Assembly: GCA_002633005.1 (NCBI GenBank)
Contig: NMRA01000708.1
Coordinates: 124,001 to 188,000 of the forward strand
Reading direction: 5' to 3'
DNA from: Phoronis australis
Taxonomy: Eukaryota > Animalia > Phoronida
DNA: 64,000 bases
In this document: piece after piece, positions 1-13,553 of the stretch
Numbering within the stretch: position 1 is the first letter of the stretch
Layout: every line of letters starts with the position of its first letter
The notes under the pieces: model-generated
Databases searched by the model: none
What the model was told of the DNA's origin: nothing
Seen by the model: the letters and a program-made list of their open reading frames with translations, nothing else
Program-made: the position numbers and the translations under genes

Positions 1-372
1 GTTTACTGGGCAATGTAAACGAAATACTTTACAGCTTTTCAACTTTGCGTGTTTATCTTTAACACACATATTTTGTTTGAGAAGCCACCTTTTACAAACT
101 TTATGTACGAAGGTGTAGGAGGACTTTAAATTTTGCCATTTTCATTTTTGTGAAAGATCGCCTCTCATACACTTTTCGTGTTCTATAAAGGTCGTCTTAT
201 GCAAATTATAAAGGTGAAGATGTCAGATAACTAACATTCAACTTTCAATGTTGTGAAAAGACATCTTTCATGGACTTTTTTATTTCAGAATGACCACCTT
301 TTTCAATTCATTGATGAAGATTCGAAAGGAATTTTGTAAAGCTTATTAATTTTGCGAAAGATGATGTATAAC

Positions 373-436
373 CAGTGGCGGATCTAGGGGGCAAGGGGGT
401 CATGCCCTTCAACTCAAAATCCTGGATCCGCCCCTG
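373..436. mobile_element. Tiny MITE, CAGTGGCGGATC-TIR family
   Basis: Termini cagtggcggatcta / ggatccgcccctg, flanked by the 5-bp direct repeat ATAAC. Confidence 0.7.
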
Positions 437-914
437 ATAACGCATTTCTTTGCTCTAGAATGGACATTTTTTTGAATTCATTGACATGCAATAAGAGCCA
501 TTTTACGTTTTTCTTAATTTTTGTGATTCTAATTGTCACCGTTTGGAATAATGAAACAACACTTTTGCACCTTTTAAATTTTGTGAAAAAAGCACACCTA
601 TCACATACCTTTTTCAGAAGTTCATCCAATGCAATTTCAATAAGGTACAAAATGAACATTCACCTGTGAAATGCAAGACAGTGTTCTCTTTCGTTCCACT
701 TTTTTTCGAAAAGACCATCAATTGCGAAAGGCGTACTTAAGATTCACCCTTCTGTCTTTTCAACATTTAACCAACGCTTTTTGCTTATTGTTATGTTTGC
801 AATTAAAGCATGTATTTTCACAAAAGTCTCACAAGCATACACATATCGCTAATGAAATTTCACTAGCTATGCTCACATTTATCGCAACACCTAAAATCTA
901 TCACCAGTCCATCA

Positions 915-1077
915 CAGTGGCGGAATAAATGGGGAGTAGGGGGGCGCAAGGGGGACATGCCCCCCAAATTCTCTCAGATTCCATTTGGCAATGTCGGGGT
1001 AGCGAATGTCTGACGGGCAAAATCCTGGTTAATACTCTGCCCTGCCCCCCTACCTCAAAATCCTGGATCCGCACCTG
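915..1077. mobile_element. MITE, CAGTGGCGG-TIR family
   Basis: Termini cagtggcgga / ggatccgcacctg; flanks catca/tatca; internal part recurs inverted at about 47545-47630. Confidence 0.65.
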
Positions 1078-3539
1078 TATCAGTAATATTAGGTTATAAC
1101 ATGGAGCCCATAACTACAGCTTACCTGTGGTTCATATTTACACGTTCTGTGCATACTTGGCGAACATGATTTGCAAAAATGAGACACTAACACGACGAAT
1201 TCCGTTGGAAAACGTGAAGCGTGACCAAATAGTTGTTAATAATTCCTTTTCAAATATTCATAATTCATGTCACCGGTTACAACGACAGGAGCCTAAAGAT
1301 CCACGACAACCCCAGCAGTAGAATGTTCGTACAAAGAGCTAAATGTCCCGATGAATATGAAAAGTATTTCAAACGTTGCATTACTTGCAACAGGCTACAT
1401 GAAATTATTTAAATGATAATATACATGGTGTGTATCCGTTTCCGCGAAATGAGGTCAAGTACGATCAGAAGTACCATCAAAGAATAAGTATCGGGAAATG
1501 CACACACGGTAATAGTTCACAAACATTGCCTTGATACGATGTCCCCATGCGGCCAGCTAGGGTCCATTCGCATAATAGATAGTCAACGTTTCAAGCACTA
1601 CACTTTGAAGAAGTCAAGTGCCACTTTTTCTCATTGTTTACTCTCAAGCCTTGCTATCATTTTCTGTAATATTGTCAAGCTTCATTTTTAAAATTCTTTC
1701 GGTTCCCCAAAAGGGATGATGCCAGTGGGGTCGGTGAAAATCATTTTTTGCATTCTACGAGAAGTTGAGCGGAGATTGTCCACCTTTTCACATGCTGTCA
1801 GGATATTCATTCCTCGCTTTGTTTTCAGTGTTATTACTAATTCGATACAGGTAGATGTAATAATTTAAAAGACAATGCTGATTTGACTTTTGAGCAGTTG
1901 TGTTTTAATAAAAAATAAAGAGCCGGTCAAAAGTAAACGGTGGAGGACCCTTTCAGTAGATACAAGCTAACCAAACTAAAAACCTGAATCCGTTACGTTT
2001 GCGGAATACACTTGGCGTGTATCGACGTATTCTTGTACACTGTGACTGCTGGGATGAAAAATGAGCCGGAATACCACCCTTCACTTCCTCGGACATCAGA
2101 TTTTAAATTGCATTTTTATGAAAAAAAAATCAGGTGGGAAAAATGATGTTAAAAAGTCACAAAATACCCTGCGTATATTTTTATATAAATTAATGTGACC
2201 ATTACTGAGTTTTCGTTGTTTTGCAATATTTCACGCAATGATCAAGTTGGGTGTCTTTACCTATGTTCAGAGGATCAATCATTACCAAAAAAACATCTCG
2301 ACAAAGCAATTCTTTGTTTTTGTCGCGTATTACCCCGCATTATATTCTTCTTAGTGGGGCCACGTAATACATGCAGAACCTAATAAAAACAACAAACAAC
2401 AAACATGTCATTTCACTAAGCAAAACCGCAGCAAAGCCTGGACGTCTTTCAGATAAGTCTCTGACGTAAGATGGCAGACATGAGCAGTCTTCGTGCAGGT
2501 GTTTTCGGTTCCGTCGATCTAAGTACTATTATTCCGAGTCCCTTTCATCTTTTTCAGTGAAACTTTGATCAAACGACTGGTCATTCATTTTGTCCTCTCA
2601 TCCATCGCAATGAGATAAATCATTGAGTTTGACAGGATCAGCCCATGGAAGCGCAATGGATCGAATACTGTTTCATCCACCGGTTTCGTGGTAAGGTGTC
2701 AGTGATTTGCCTGTGAGCCTTAACCAGAATACTTGCATAAGACTACCTTGCACAAACATAAGACTACACGTTGAATTGTCCAACATTATTTGAAAATGAT
2801 TTATCAACCAACCTCTGAACATCAGGCATTGCTATCACAACTGGATTTCAAACGTAGACTGAAATGAACACTTTCAGCCGGTACATGCATGCTGTCTCAA
2901 TCCAGTCATTTCATTGAGATTGATTGATGTGGACGAAACGTTGGGTACACTTCATGACGACGAACTTGGTCAATTGGACATATTTGAATAATGTCGCCCT
3001 TTCACAACTGAAACGTACATAATTCTCAGCAACTAATGGATGACACAAGGGACGCGAACCTTGGATTAAAAGCTATTGTGTGATAATGCACGGCGATATT
3101 TTGCAAACGTCTCTCTCTACTTGCAAAAACCTTGCTGTCCAGAACGCAGTGATGCTAGGAAGCTATTGCATGGAAGCGTGTACTGAGTGCTACATCACTC
3201 CCTCGTGCCGCAAAAGCCCCCTCCTTGATGGTAGCCCTCCTCCTTCCATAAAAGCACCCCCTTCCCAAGAAAGCAATCCCCTGTATAGAGAATCTCCTCT
3301 CCCTGCGTCTTATACATGTACATGTAACATAACACTAATCCACCCCCTACATGCACTCGTTCCGTACACTTCCCATCGCATTCAGCGCACAACGTACACT
3401 GCTCAGACTAAACTCGTTGGCTGAAGTTGATGCCAGCGCCGGCGTTTTTTCAGTCAGTGAGCGCAGATCTCAAAACGACGGAGTCTGGCTACAGACCGTA
3501 ACTATCCATGATTTTTTGGCTTTACATGTACAATGAAAA

Positions 3540-4310
3540 AAACATGTCACTAGGGCCGAGAATCACAGTAATTGGAACCATTTGAAAATCGTGCTCTTGT
3601 TAGTAGGAACACATAGGTCAGTTGCAAAATTTCATAATGATTCCCAGAGCAATTTGCAGTTTAGAGAGTTGGACGTTTCGAAAACATTAAACATGACCAC
3701 GTGGGGGGCACAAAATGCACCAAATCCCAATCTAAATCGAAAAGTACTGTCGTGGTCTTAACAGACACGTAATTACCGAATTTCATAAAAAACGTCGAAG
3801 AACTACATGTTTAAAGATAAAGATCCAAAAGTAAAGGAAAATTGCTACTAGGGGTCGCAGTGATAGGCTGCGCCGTCTAAAAGTCGTGGAGCAGGTCGTG
3901 CCATATTCAAAGGATAACACTTGCAAACGTTCTCAATGATCTCGCAAAGAGAGAGATACAACCGTGGACGCATAAAAATATAATCACCACTAGGGGTGCT
4001 ACAGTCAGACCCGTCCAAAATCAACCAGACACCGTATTCTCAAGACCACATCTGCTCAGCTTTTAAAAAGACCTTTTGAGTGGTTGGGCGGGACGGAAGC
4101 CAAAATTGAACTTATGAAGAACGACCACTAAACTACATCGAATCGATCCGAAATTGCTTCCTTAATAAAACATATTTTCCAAATTTCACCAAAATCCATC
4201 ACGGAGCTCCAAAGGGACAGAGGCAAACTTAAAAAGAAAAGGAAATTCCCACTATACTAGGATGCACTGCGGTAATGAGATCAGTCCGAAATTCATGGTC
4301 ATCTGTCACC
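3540..4310. repeat. Degenerate tandem array, about 6 units of 130-150 bp
   Basis: (c/t)acTAGGGG-like cores at 3548, 3698, 3846, 3988, 4126 and 4255, with recurring ccgt..aaa.tc, aatttca and ggac motifs in the same order. Confidence 0.6.
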
Positions 4311-6155
4311 AGCTTCATCACATCTCCTAAATATCATTAATGCATGCAAGAGGTTTAGAAAATACAGTAGAGAACGCCGGACACCCGGACGCCCGGGCAG
4401 ATAGCGCGGCACTATATACCCATGTATGCGGGTGCATAAAAAGCAAGGTTTTCTTGTGACAATAAGAAAAGTTGTAGCATATCAACTTGTAAATGTTGAT
4501 TTGATGAAAGCATAATGAATCATTTTTGTTGCACAATCAGTTGAAGATCAAACGCTTATCAGTGCAGAGTTACGAGACGCAGTGCTAATTAAAACAAGTC
4601 TTCTCGAAGCTGTTATACACAAATAGTTTATATAAGTACCTACATTTACATCCCAGATGACTTTTCTTTTGGTGGTAAAGCAATTAATTGACGTCAAACG
4701 AGCTCGCTGTTTCTTGTATCTTTAGTAATCTGCTAGTAAGCGTGATGTTTTATAGGAGCGGCAAAATACCACGTGACTAGATGGCGACGAGTGCACGTCC
4801 ATTTCCCCGTAGTTGCTTGGTGACATTCAAATACAGGTGATACAGTAGTTGAGTTTTTAATTTATTCAAATGTTAATATCATGCACTCTAAATTTACACT
4901 TCTTGTAAGCGAGACGCGACAACTTTACATAAAAATAAAAATTCCTACCGCCGACTTTTTCTGTCCCTGTAAAATTACTTGTTTCAAACAGTGGTTCGGG
5001 GATTTTCAACCTACTCGAATGAATGGCTCACTTCACCCCATGTACCCTGGGACGCGCACTCTAAGCCCAATGTTACCGTAGGATACTCTAATCAAGTTTT
5101 GTGGGGTTGCCATTGAAGATATTTCGGCATCGAATTGCACCCTTTAAACGTCACCTACAATACCCAGCCACACGTACCGTATTTTCCAGCACCGTACATG
5201 CAACATGGGCGGCGCAGCTTTGAAAATAGTGGGGGCCTATAGCCCCCAGCCACCGTGGTGCACCACCAATAGACCATGGGCAGCGTATCATTGAAAAAAA
5301 AGTGGGAGGGCTATAGACCCCCAGCCCCCTATGTGTAAGTATTTTAAAGTAATTATGAACCCTGTTTTCCAGGTTGTAAAGATGTTCAAATATCTTACAA
5401 TCTGTTAACTGAAACATCTTCAAAGTACCTATTCTCTGAAAGATGAACAAATTTCACAACAAAATTTATTATTCTTATTTAATTGTCTTCATATTGACAA
5501 GAAATGCGCTTTTTAGCAAAAAACGACTTTGAACAAAGGTTTAAAAAATATTGTTCCTCCAATCATAGACTGAAAGAAGTGACTTAGCCTAGCGTTATTA
5601 ACTAGTATAGTGTTGTAGGTTTCCCATGCTAAAGAAATGATTCTAAATCACCAGTATGTCCCCAATTACCCACACAATGAGCTCCATCAAGGATAGGCCG
5701 ACTAGAAAATTTAGGCAAACAATAATGAATTAAAACTGGGTGTTTTCCGATTTGTGCGAAACGATTCCAGTTTGTTAAATCCATCTATGCCCATCAATCT
5801 CATGTTGACAAAGAGTTTGGGTAGAGGTCTTTGGTTCTAGCCTGAGCCAGAAAGTAGCATAGTTGCCGCAAATCATTAGCCAGAGAAAACATTCTGTAGT
5901 TCACATGTACGTTAAATTTATTCGCACTCTGTGCCATGACCACACTTTACAAATGTCATGGTATTGCCCGAATGCCAAAGATTTTCCGAAGCACAACGGT
6001 GTTAGTTTTCTTATTGAATCGTCAGTTGGTAGATGTGTTCTTCTGTAGCTCAAAACTTGCCACAGGTCTACATGTATCATGTACATGTAGCTATATTTTG
6101 TACTTAGAATTCTTACGGAAACAGAAACATGTGAATAACATAACCCTGTTAAAAC

Positions 6156-6359
6156 CAGTGGCAGATCTACGTTTTCAGTAAGGGGGGAGGGGGGATTACG
6201 ATTCGAGCGAATCCGAGGCGCGTAGGTCGGGAGAGGGTTTCCCCTCCTCCCGTGTAAGATTTGTTGTGGTTTTTAGTAGCTAATTTCATTTTTCAATACT
6301 TATTTTTGAGCCTGTGGGCGGGGTTGAACGCCCTGAACTCCCCTGCAGATCCGCCTCTG
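6156..6359. mobile_element. MITE, CAGTGGCGG-TIR family
   Basis: Termini cagtggcagatct / agatccgcctctg; flanks aaaac/agaac. Confidence 0.65.
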
Positions 6360-8840
6360 AGAACTGCATATATACTCAAGACTGTCCGTAGTTAATAGTT
6401 CAGGTAACACCATTATAAGTTTACGTATATACAGATCATTTAAATCTCTAGCAACAAAAATTTCACTTGCTTAAGAACTGTAAGTTCACCGAATATGTTG
6501 TCTTGCAAGTCACTGATTCATCAATATTTCATTCTTTTCAGCATTTTTCGTCTTAGCACGATTAAAGAGTCACAGAGTAAAATCCAATTTTACGATGTTT
6601 TGAAATAACACATTAGAGATCGAAGTGTTCAAATTCACTGCCTATAAAAACAATCAAATGCGAAGTTCCATTTATTTATGTTTATATTGGGTTTCTTCGA
6701 GTGGCCTACTCTAGAGAAGGTTAGAGGCAAACCGCCTGATAAAAGAGTATTGTTAACAATTTTTTTTTACTGTTTTACTATTTTGACATTTAACTTATAT
6801 ATCTTATTGTCGTCCTTTATGATTTAACGTGAGATTTTGGAGCTCCGTCAGAAGAGATAACACAAGAACATATCGTGGATTTTCGACAGAGAACCCACTA
6901 ACAAAAATACCGAAAAGCCCTCTCGGCGGAAGTTCTTCGACTCTTATAACCGAAAGAGCACCCACGGCGGTTTCAGTGGGCAGATGGTGGTCGGGAGTAT
7001 CTTTCTGAAACCTGGCTAGTATTTCAAGTCTGATCAAAGATAAAATCATTGCAGGAGAAACAAATCGCCGTCTCTGAAGCCAACGTTACCAAGTTTACTG
7101 ATTTCCTAATATGAAGTGAATTCACTTAACCGCTCTAACTTAACGGCACTTTTACTGCTGAACGAAAACGCAACATGTTTCCGAAAAAGCCCACCACTTG
7201 TTACGAGCTATTCTCCCCCGGGAGCTTTCTGTGGACGCAAAAATCACTTCGGGAAAATGAACATTTGGATTTCCAAAAGTGCCACTGACAGTCGCAATGG
7301 TAGCTTTAAGAACAATAGAAGGATAAATATTATCGTATGGCAAGCTAAGAAGCATTTACCACGGAACCTTTCTAGACACTTGTAAAGATGAGAAACATCT
7401 ATTTTTAAATAACAATTATCTATCTTAAAAGACAAACTTTTGTTATCATAGTAAGATTCGTATAATCTAGTACTATAGCCATTTGTGCCGATATCAAACA
7501 TATTTTACTCAAACGACACATATATTTTTAGATCCTTCATCGTGTCTGTTGTGACGTATTGCCACTCATTGTCGCTTCCCGTGAGCGACAAACCGTGAAC
7601 GCTATTGGGGTTCCATTAAAACGTTTAGGTGCCTAGTTTGCCTATCCAGTTTCTTCATTAGGTGTCTCCGTATATGATCTTATGGTCTCTTTGATGTAAG
7701 CTGGCACAGAGCATGGTGTTTTCCATTTGTCCCCAGTTTCCTATACCGCGATATGCAGAGGTGCAACTGTACACGTCAATTTTGTGGAAGTTTATGGGGA
7801 TGAACTTTTACATTTTGTACTCGCTGCTTATTTGGATGTTCATGTTGAGCTAAGGACTTGCAGTATTGGAATTTCAAGCCTTTATCCTTCACTCACGTCA
7901 GCCTGGCTCATGACTGACGTCATTCTTCAGCTTTCATAGTGTTGTGCTTTGCGAGGCTGTTTTCTGTCTTAGGACTTGGATTCCAGTTTAAAGCATGTTT
8001 TGTAGTATATGATACGAAATAAACATGTTTTTTTCAGTGTTATAGTACTTACACCGTGCACTCTATGGCAAGAGACCCAAGGCGCTGTTTAATTTCCAGT
8101 CTATTGTACTGCCTAAGGCTTAGACGTCAGAGCTTGTACAGTGTACTTGTATATGTTTGATTGATTGACATAACACCCATTCATTGATCGACCCTAAAAC
8201 GATACGATATGCAATGCAACAGAACACGGCATGGCTGAAGTGATAGCTCAGACAAGTCCGTAAAACCTCAAGTGTGTGAACCGATGTTCGCCGGAATAAT
8301 ACAAAATAAAGGTAATTATAACAGTGACAATTACAAAAACGTATCGTTTCAGTGGCTTCAATTCTAAACAACAGGGGTTCTAAGTCGAGGCAAGTCCAGA
8401 TAATTCAGCGCTTCCGTGTTTGTTGTTCGACACACCACTCGCAGAACAATTATTTACCTTCATGGCTTTACTGAAACCACTCGTCAACATACAGTATACA
8501 TGTACCAGAGAACCGAAACCGAACTCATTTGTTTTGACAAATATGCATCCTATTTCCTTAGTAAAAATTATCCTTACCAAACTTATTTATTTAGTCAATT
8601 ATTTATTATATATTTATTATTGTAAGATTTTGCAATGAAGGTAGCCTCATCAGTTCTCACTGCTTTCCACGGGCTCTTATTACGAGGAACTTAATTTTAG
8701 AAGCAAGCAGTTCCAGCAATCACCAGAGTTACACGATGTATGAATTTGTGTTAGCCAGTCGCTTTATTGCTGTCGGCGAAGCCATCCGGATAATGCGGCA
8801 ATTTCCACACAACAGGAACTTAGATACGACTTGCGTTCAC

Positions 8841-8956
8841 TAACGCTAGGACGTACGCTAGGACCTAGTTAAAATCTAACCAAAGTCACGTGCTCTTATT
8901 TAAAATAAACGGCAATATCTCACGTAATCTCGCAAAGTCTCGCTTTTAGTGAGGTC
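8841..8956. repeat. Dispersed repeat (MITE-like), inverted copy at about 46295-46425
   Basis: ccaaagtcacgtgctcttatttaaaa...taatctcgc matches the reverse complement of gcgagattatgtgag...aacacgtgactttgg. Confidence 0.55.
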
Positions 8957-11360
8957 ATTGGGTTACTGAATGCCGGGGAGGCAGATTTCCCGATAAACAG
9001 ACCCTCTGCATGGCCGTCAAAGTCACAGGGCTGAGTTACAGTTTATCTATTAATAACAAATGGAAAGTTAATAAAATACGAAAATGAGTAAACACGCTAG
9101 CGTAAAATTTGGTACGGTGTCTTCTTTTTGTGTCCGCATTCTCGTTCTACGTACCAGACAGGTGGCTTACTTGGCTGCCTGGTGTTCGATCATGTTGCAC
9201 ACCCACTGAGAAGAATTACTAAGGCAAAGTTTTAGCTAGGTCGCAGAAGTCACATTTTTGTCAGATTTTTTAAATTCAAAGGACAAATCACATGTACTTT
9301 TCAAGAACTATTCAAAATGTTATTCAAAAATTTTAAAACGATCATTTGATGTCGTCCGCAGTGTGTTTATGTCAGGTCTTACTATCTAGAGAACCATCAG
9401 CAACATGAGGCGATGTAAATAACTACAACATCATGGTGTCTTTGATGAATACCGACAAGTTTGCTTGGTACGAAAACCGGTAGAGTTGCCCAATCTCGAC
9501 CGGTGAGAGTGTCAGGGGATTCTTTTCATGAGCTCACGCGCCGAGCTCATCTCGACTGATCTCGACTGCTCAGAGTTGTTCACTTGTTCAATTAGTTCCT
9601 TTTGGGTTGCTCTGTTATTTATGACACGTCACTCCATGGAGTCATTTTTTCACATACAAATAAATGACAGGTTCTTAAGGTAAAAAGCAAAGAATTCAAA
9701 CTTCCTTTCCTGACCATCGTTCGGGGTTGCCAACAAAAATTCTTCTCTAACGTATATGTACGCTATTCTTGTCTCACGGATCTGAAGTCCCCGATCTAGC
9801 ACCAGGCTCTTTTCACCGATTTTAGAAAATGTATCCCCACACCGTGTATTGATTTGCTTCCAAAGAGATCAGCCCCACCCCCACACATTATTTCTAACCG
9901 TTCCTTTACCTCCCTCCACTTCCCTTAGTTTGATAAGCCGCGCGCCGCTCAGACGAGAAATTTGAAATTCTTCTCTCACGCACTCTTGACCCTCTCAAAG
10001 ATTCAAGTTTCCGCGATCCAACCTGGGCAGCACTACAATTTTCGCTAATCAGTCACGGACAAAATTTTCTTTACTCGCAAGCAGACCACCCCAGCTCCCG
10101 CAAATCAAGTTCCTGGCTTGCACGCCGTTACTTTCTCTGGTCAACTGCATACACTTAACAAGCAAGACACGTTCCCTTGCCGCGCGCCATTCTCTCGAGC
10201 ATCAAATTCTTCACTCAAGCATGTCATTCCCCCTCAAAGATGCAAATCACTCATCCGCCACAGCTTTGTCTATGCTTGTCTGGAGACATTTCTGTACTAA
10301 CAATTTGTCACGCAAGTTTCTTGATCACAGAGACCAACTCCCAGGGTCTAGCTCTGCTGCTGCATTTTGGTTCGGGGCCTTCAAACACCATTTTGTTTCC
10401 TTCTCTTGGCCCCTCGCTTAATTTGATGCGAAAAGCCCGTCCCCATGCGCCAATGCCGGTGCTCAAAATTCATCTCTGGCGTCTCACGAACATATGTTCT
10501 TATAGCCATTCAGTGCTCGCAGAAAGACCAAACCTTACATTCTTCCTTTCCCACAAGCCGCATATAAGCTGTACTCAGAGATGGGTGTAATTGTTGACCA
10601 CAGTCTGTTCATGGCAACGTTGCTTCCCTACCGTTCTAACAATGCAGATTATAAACAATAAATTGAATTTTTTAATTTTTCAAATCAGTTAACTAAAATA
10701 GACGAAAAAGAGAAGTAACGCGTATTACAACCGTTGTGAGCATCATAACGGAGAGACTTCACTTGCGTACCACCCATTCAGGGTGTTACGGTTATATAGG
10801 ACCCTAGAAAAATAGCTAAATTTGTCCAAATCATGATCAAATTCATTTGAAAATTTTAAATACTTTGCCTCATAAAACCTTCGATAGCCATCGGGCATTA
10901 TTTTTAAAATTTTCCAATTTCGCATGAGGAGCTATAAGAAATAGGACTTTGATGATTTTCATGAAAAAAATCGAAAGTTGTATAAACTGCATTCAGAAAA
11001 CCGTATAAAAATAGCGATTTTGAGTTTTCATCCTGATTACTTATACCATAAGAAATTTGTCCACGTTGCTAATTGTGTTGTTTTGCTACGACGTACCACT
11101 GACACGATCACATGACCCAATTAACTACTCAGTGTCAAACTGCAAAAAACCTGTAAAAATTCTGTAGGCTTTCCACTTTAAGATTAAAATTTTAGACTTG
11201 ACTGACACAGACCTGTCGAAGAGGTCTTATTTTTTCCTACAAATGTCAACTACTGCCGAATACGTGAATTTATAGAAGCTTTAACAGTGCTCGATCAAAT
11301 TACTCATGTGACACGGGTAACTTTTTCTTAATGACGCGTTTAATTTGTGACGTACCATGA

Positions 11361-13553
11361 TTGATGACGTATACTACTCGTAGTTTGTTTCAAAATGATT
11401 TTCAAGTCTTAAAGATGCTCGAAAAGGTTTGGAAAATATTTTGTGAGTATTTCATGCTGCTTATGAGATGCATTTGGTACAATGTTAAGAAAAAGGGAGC
11501 GGCCTTGAACGACTTTATTTGTTGTTCACTCCACCAGTTTGCTCACCATGACAATGGCAACAGCAGTTTTGAGGTTGAGGTCCTACATGTACCTGAGAAA
11601 ATTAGTTGTCCTGTAAAATACGCTGAAGAGGACGTTCACCACAACAGCCGATGTTGTCGTGATAATAACGAAGTGGTAGTGGGTGTCACGGGCGCAATAG
11701 CTGCATCGTTCGCCCTTCACAGCGATGTGGCACTAAAAGAGCTTCCTCGCATTAGTTCAGTTTTGTTGAATGAAGTGTCTCTCACGTTTGGAGCAGACAA
11801 ACAAAATGGCGACGACATCTCGGCAGCGGAAGTCCACGGACAGGAATGGGCCAAAACCCTAGATGACAAAGATACCAAGGCCCTAGTTCCTGCTAATGAT
11901 AGAGTCCCACATGACATCCTTGCAATGGGTGACCAACGACATGCATTGTCCCAAACATTTAATAGGAAAGACGCTAAACTGGCGCTGCTTGATCTGGTTG
12001 ATGTAATATTGCTACCTCAAGAAGATTACATATCGACTATGGTTGACCAGTCTACTGAAATGATTGTTCCAATTCCCGCGCCACCCGAACTCCCGATAGT
12101 TCCTTTCAGTACTGACACCAAGAAGTTCGAAAACACGTGTAAAGAAGTAGGTGCAATTAAACCGGCCCAAGGCGTAGACGTGGGACAGAGCGAGGTTCAA
12201 CCTGACACAATTAACCTTTCCAATAATACTGACTCTGATGATGAGAATCACTGTGGCACTCCAGGGTGTTATGAGAGTGACAAGGCGTCAATGACTGCCT
12301 ATAGAACAGTCTCTGGAACGGTGGACTCTAACCAAGACAGAGATGTCAAAATGCTTGGTTTTATTGAAAAAGCCCTGTTGAGTGAAATGTGCAAGACCGT
12401 TGGGGTGAACAAAGTTCATAGAGATGTCATCATGGCAGTGGAATCCCAACAACATGAATCAGTCCAAATGGCTCACCGGAGGGATGCCAAACAGGTCCTG
12501 CTCCCTTTACTTGGATCAATAAAACCGCCAAGGGATGACGTTATAAGTTTGCATGACCAAGTCACTGAAATGGGCACTTCTATTCCCATTCGCTCCGAAC
12601 TCCCGATTGGACAGCATATCTCAGAGAATATATACGTACAACACGGGACACTCAAAACAGTCCCAGATCTAGAGGGCAAGCTTTCAACTCCCACTGTAGA
12701 AGAAGCTGAAGGGACACTCAAACCAGTCTTACATCGACAGGACACGCTTTGCACTTCATCTGAAGAAGATGATGACTCGACGTTCAAATCAGTCCTTGAT
12801 CTAGAAGATACTCTTTCTACTTCATCCGTAGAAGAATATGGCGGGACAATGAAGCCAGTCCTATATCTAGAGGACACGCGTTCCACTTCCTCTTTAGGAG
12901 AATATTACGGGACAATCAAGACAGTCCTGTATCTAGATGGCACGCTTTCAATTTTATCTGTCGGTGAATACGACGGGACACTCAATCCAGCCTTATATCT
13001 CGAGGAAACGCTTTCCACTTCATCTGTAGGAGAATATGACGGGACAATCAACCCAGTCCTTGATCTAGAGGACACGTTTTCTGTTTCATCTGCAGAAGAT
13101 GACGGGACACTCAAACCACTCCTAGATATAGATGACACACTTTCCATTTCATCTGTAGAAGAAGATGGCGGGACACTAAAACCAGTCTCATATCTTGAGG
13201 ACACGTCATCCACTTCCTCTATGGAAGATGAAGACGATGAACTATTAATGAGAGACGAATGTTACAACCAATGCGTAATGTCAGTTGTTGAACAAGTCGT
13301 CAACGAATTTTTCATGTTTGACGAGTCTAGCGAAGAGGACAGCGGTTCTGGGTACACTGGCGTTACAAACATGATAGAGCCGCCAAGTAACAATGCCTTG
13401 GACATGATGATGGATAGCCAAGTGGAAACCAAGCAATTTTCTTGGCAAAGAATTAAGCTGATGCGCTTCAAAAGAAAAAAATCAAGAAATAGTGGCTTTT
13501 TACAAGTTTGCGCGAGACTTATCTGTTGTGGAGTTCCGAAAACAGAAGACTGA
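11361..13553 (+). CDS. Intronless acidic repeat protein of unknown function (730 aa; first ATG at 11364)
   Basis: 2.2-kb uninterrupted ORF in AT-rich DNA; nine 22-aa repeats, a larger internal duplication and a basic, Cys-containing C-terminus. Confidence 0.7.
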   Translation: MMTYTTRSLFQNDFQVLKMLEKVWKIFCEYFMLLMRCIWYNVKKKGAALNDFICCSLHQFAHHDNGNSSFEVEVLHVPEKISCPVKYAEEDVHHNSRCCRDNNEVVVGVTGAIAASFALHSDVALKELPRISSVLLNEVSLTFGADKQNGDDISAAEVHGQEWAKTLDDKDTKALVPANDRVPHDILAMGDQRHALSQTFNRKDAKLALLDLVDVILLPQEDYISTMVDQSTEMIVPIPAPPELPIVPFSTDTKKFENTCKEVGAIKPAQGVDVGQSEVQPDTINLSNNTDSDDENHCGTPGCYESDKASMTAYRTVSGTVDSNQDRDVKMLGFIEKALLSEMCKTVGVNKVHRDVIMAVESQQHESVQMAHRRDAKQVLLPLLGSIKPPRDDVISLHDQVTEMGTSIPIRSELPIGQHISENIYVQHGTLKTVPDLEGKLSTPTVEEAEGTLKPVLHRQDTLCTSSEEDDDSTFKSVLDLEDTLSTSSVEEYGGTMKPVLYLEDTRSTSSLGEYYGTIKTVLYLDGTLSILSVGEYDGTLNPALYLEETLSTSSVGEYDGTINPVLDLEDTFSVSSAEDDGTLKPLLDIDDTLSISSVEEDGGTLKPVSYLEDTSSTSSMEDEDDELLMRDECYNQCVMSVVEQVVNEFFMFDESSEEDSGSGYTGVTNMIEPPSNNALDMMMDSQVETKQFSWQRIKLMRFKRKKSRNSGFLQVCARLICCGVPKTED
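12645..13235 (+). repeat. Coding tandem repeat, 66-bp unit x9
   Basis: gggaca(c/a)t.aa-type unit starts at 12645, 12711, about 12778, 12843, 12909, 12975, 13041, 13104 and 13170; consensus GTLKPVLxLEDTLSTSSVEEYD. Confidence 0.9.

Noticed and set aside
1-900. Recurring ttttg(t/c)gaaa motifs
   Set aside because: No stable period discernible by eye; possibly a decayed repeat, but not supportable.
12645-13235. CRISPR-like regular array
   Set aside because: Units are homologous along their whole length, with no unique spacers; they are in-frame coding repeats in a eukaryotic locus.
12012-13471. Minus-strand Ser-rich ORFs
   Set aside because: Antisense shadows of the repetitive 730-aa ORF.
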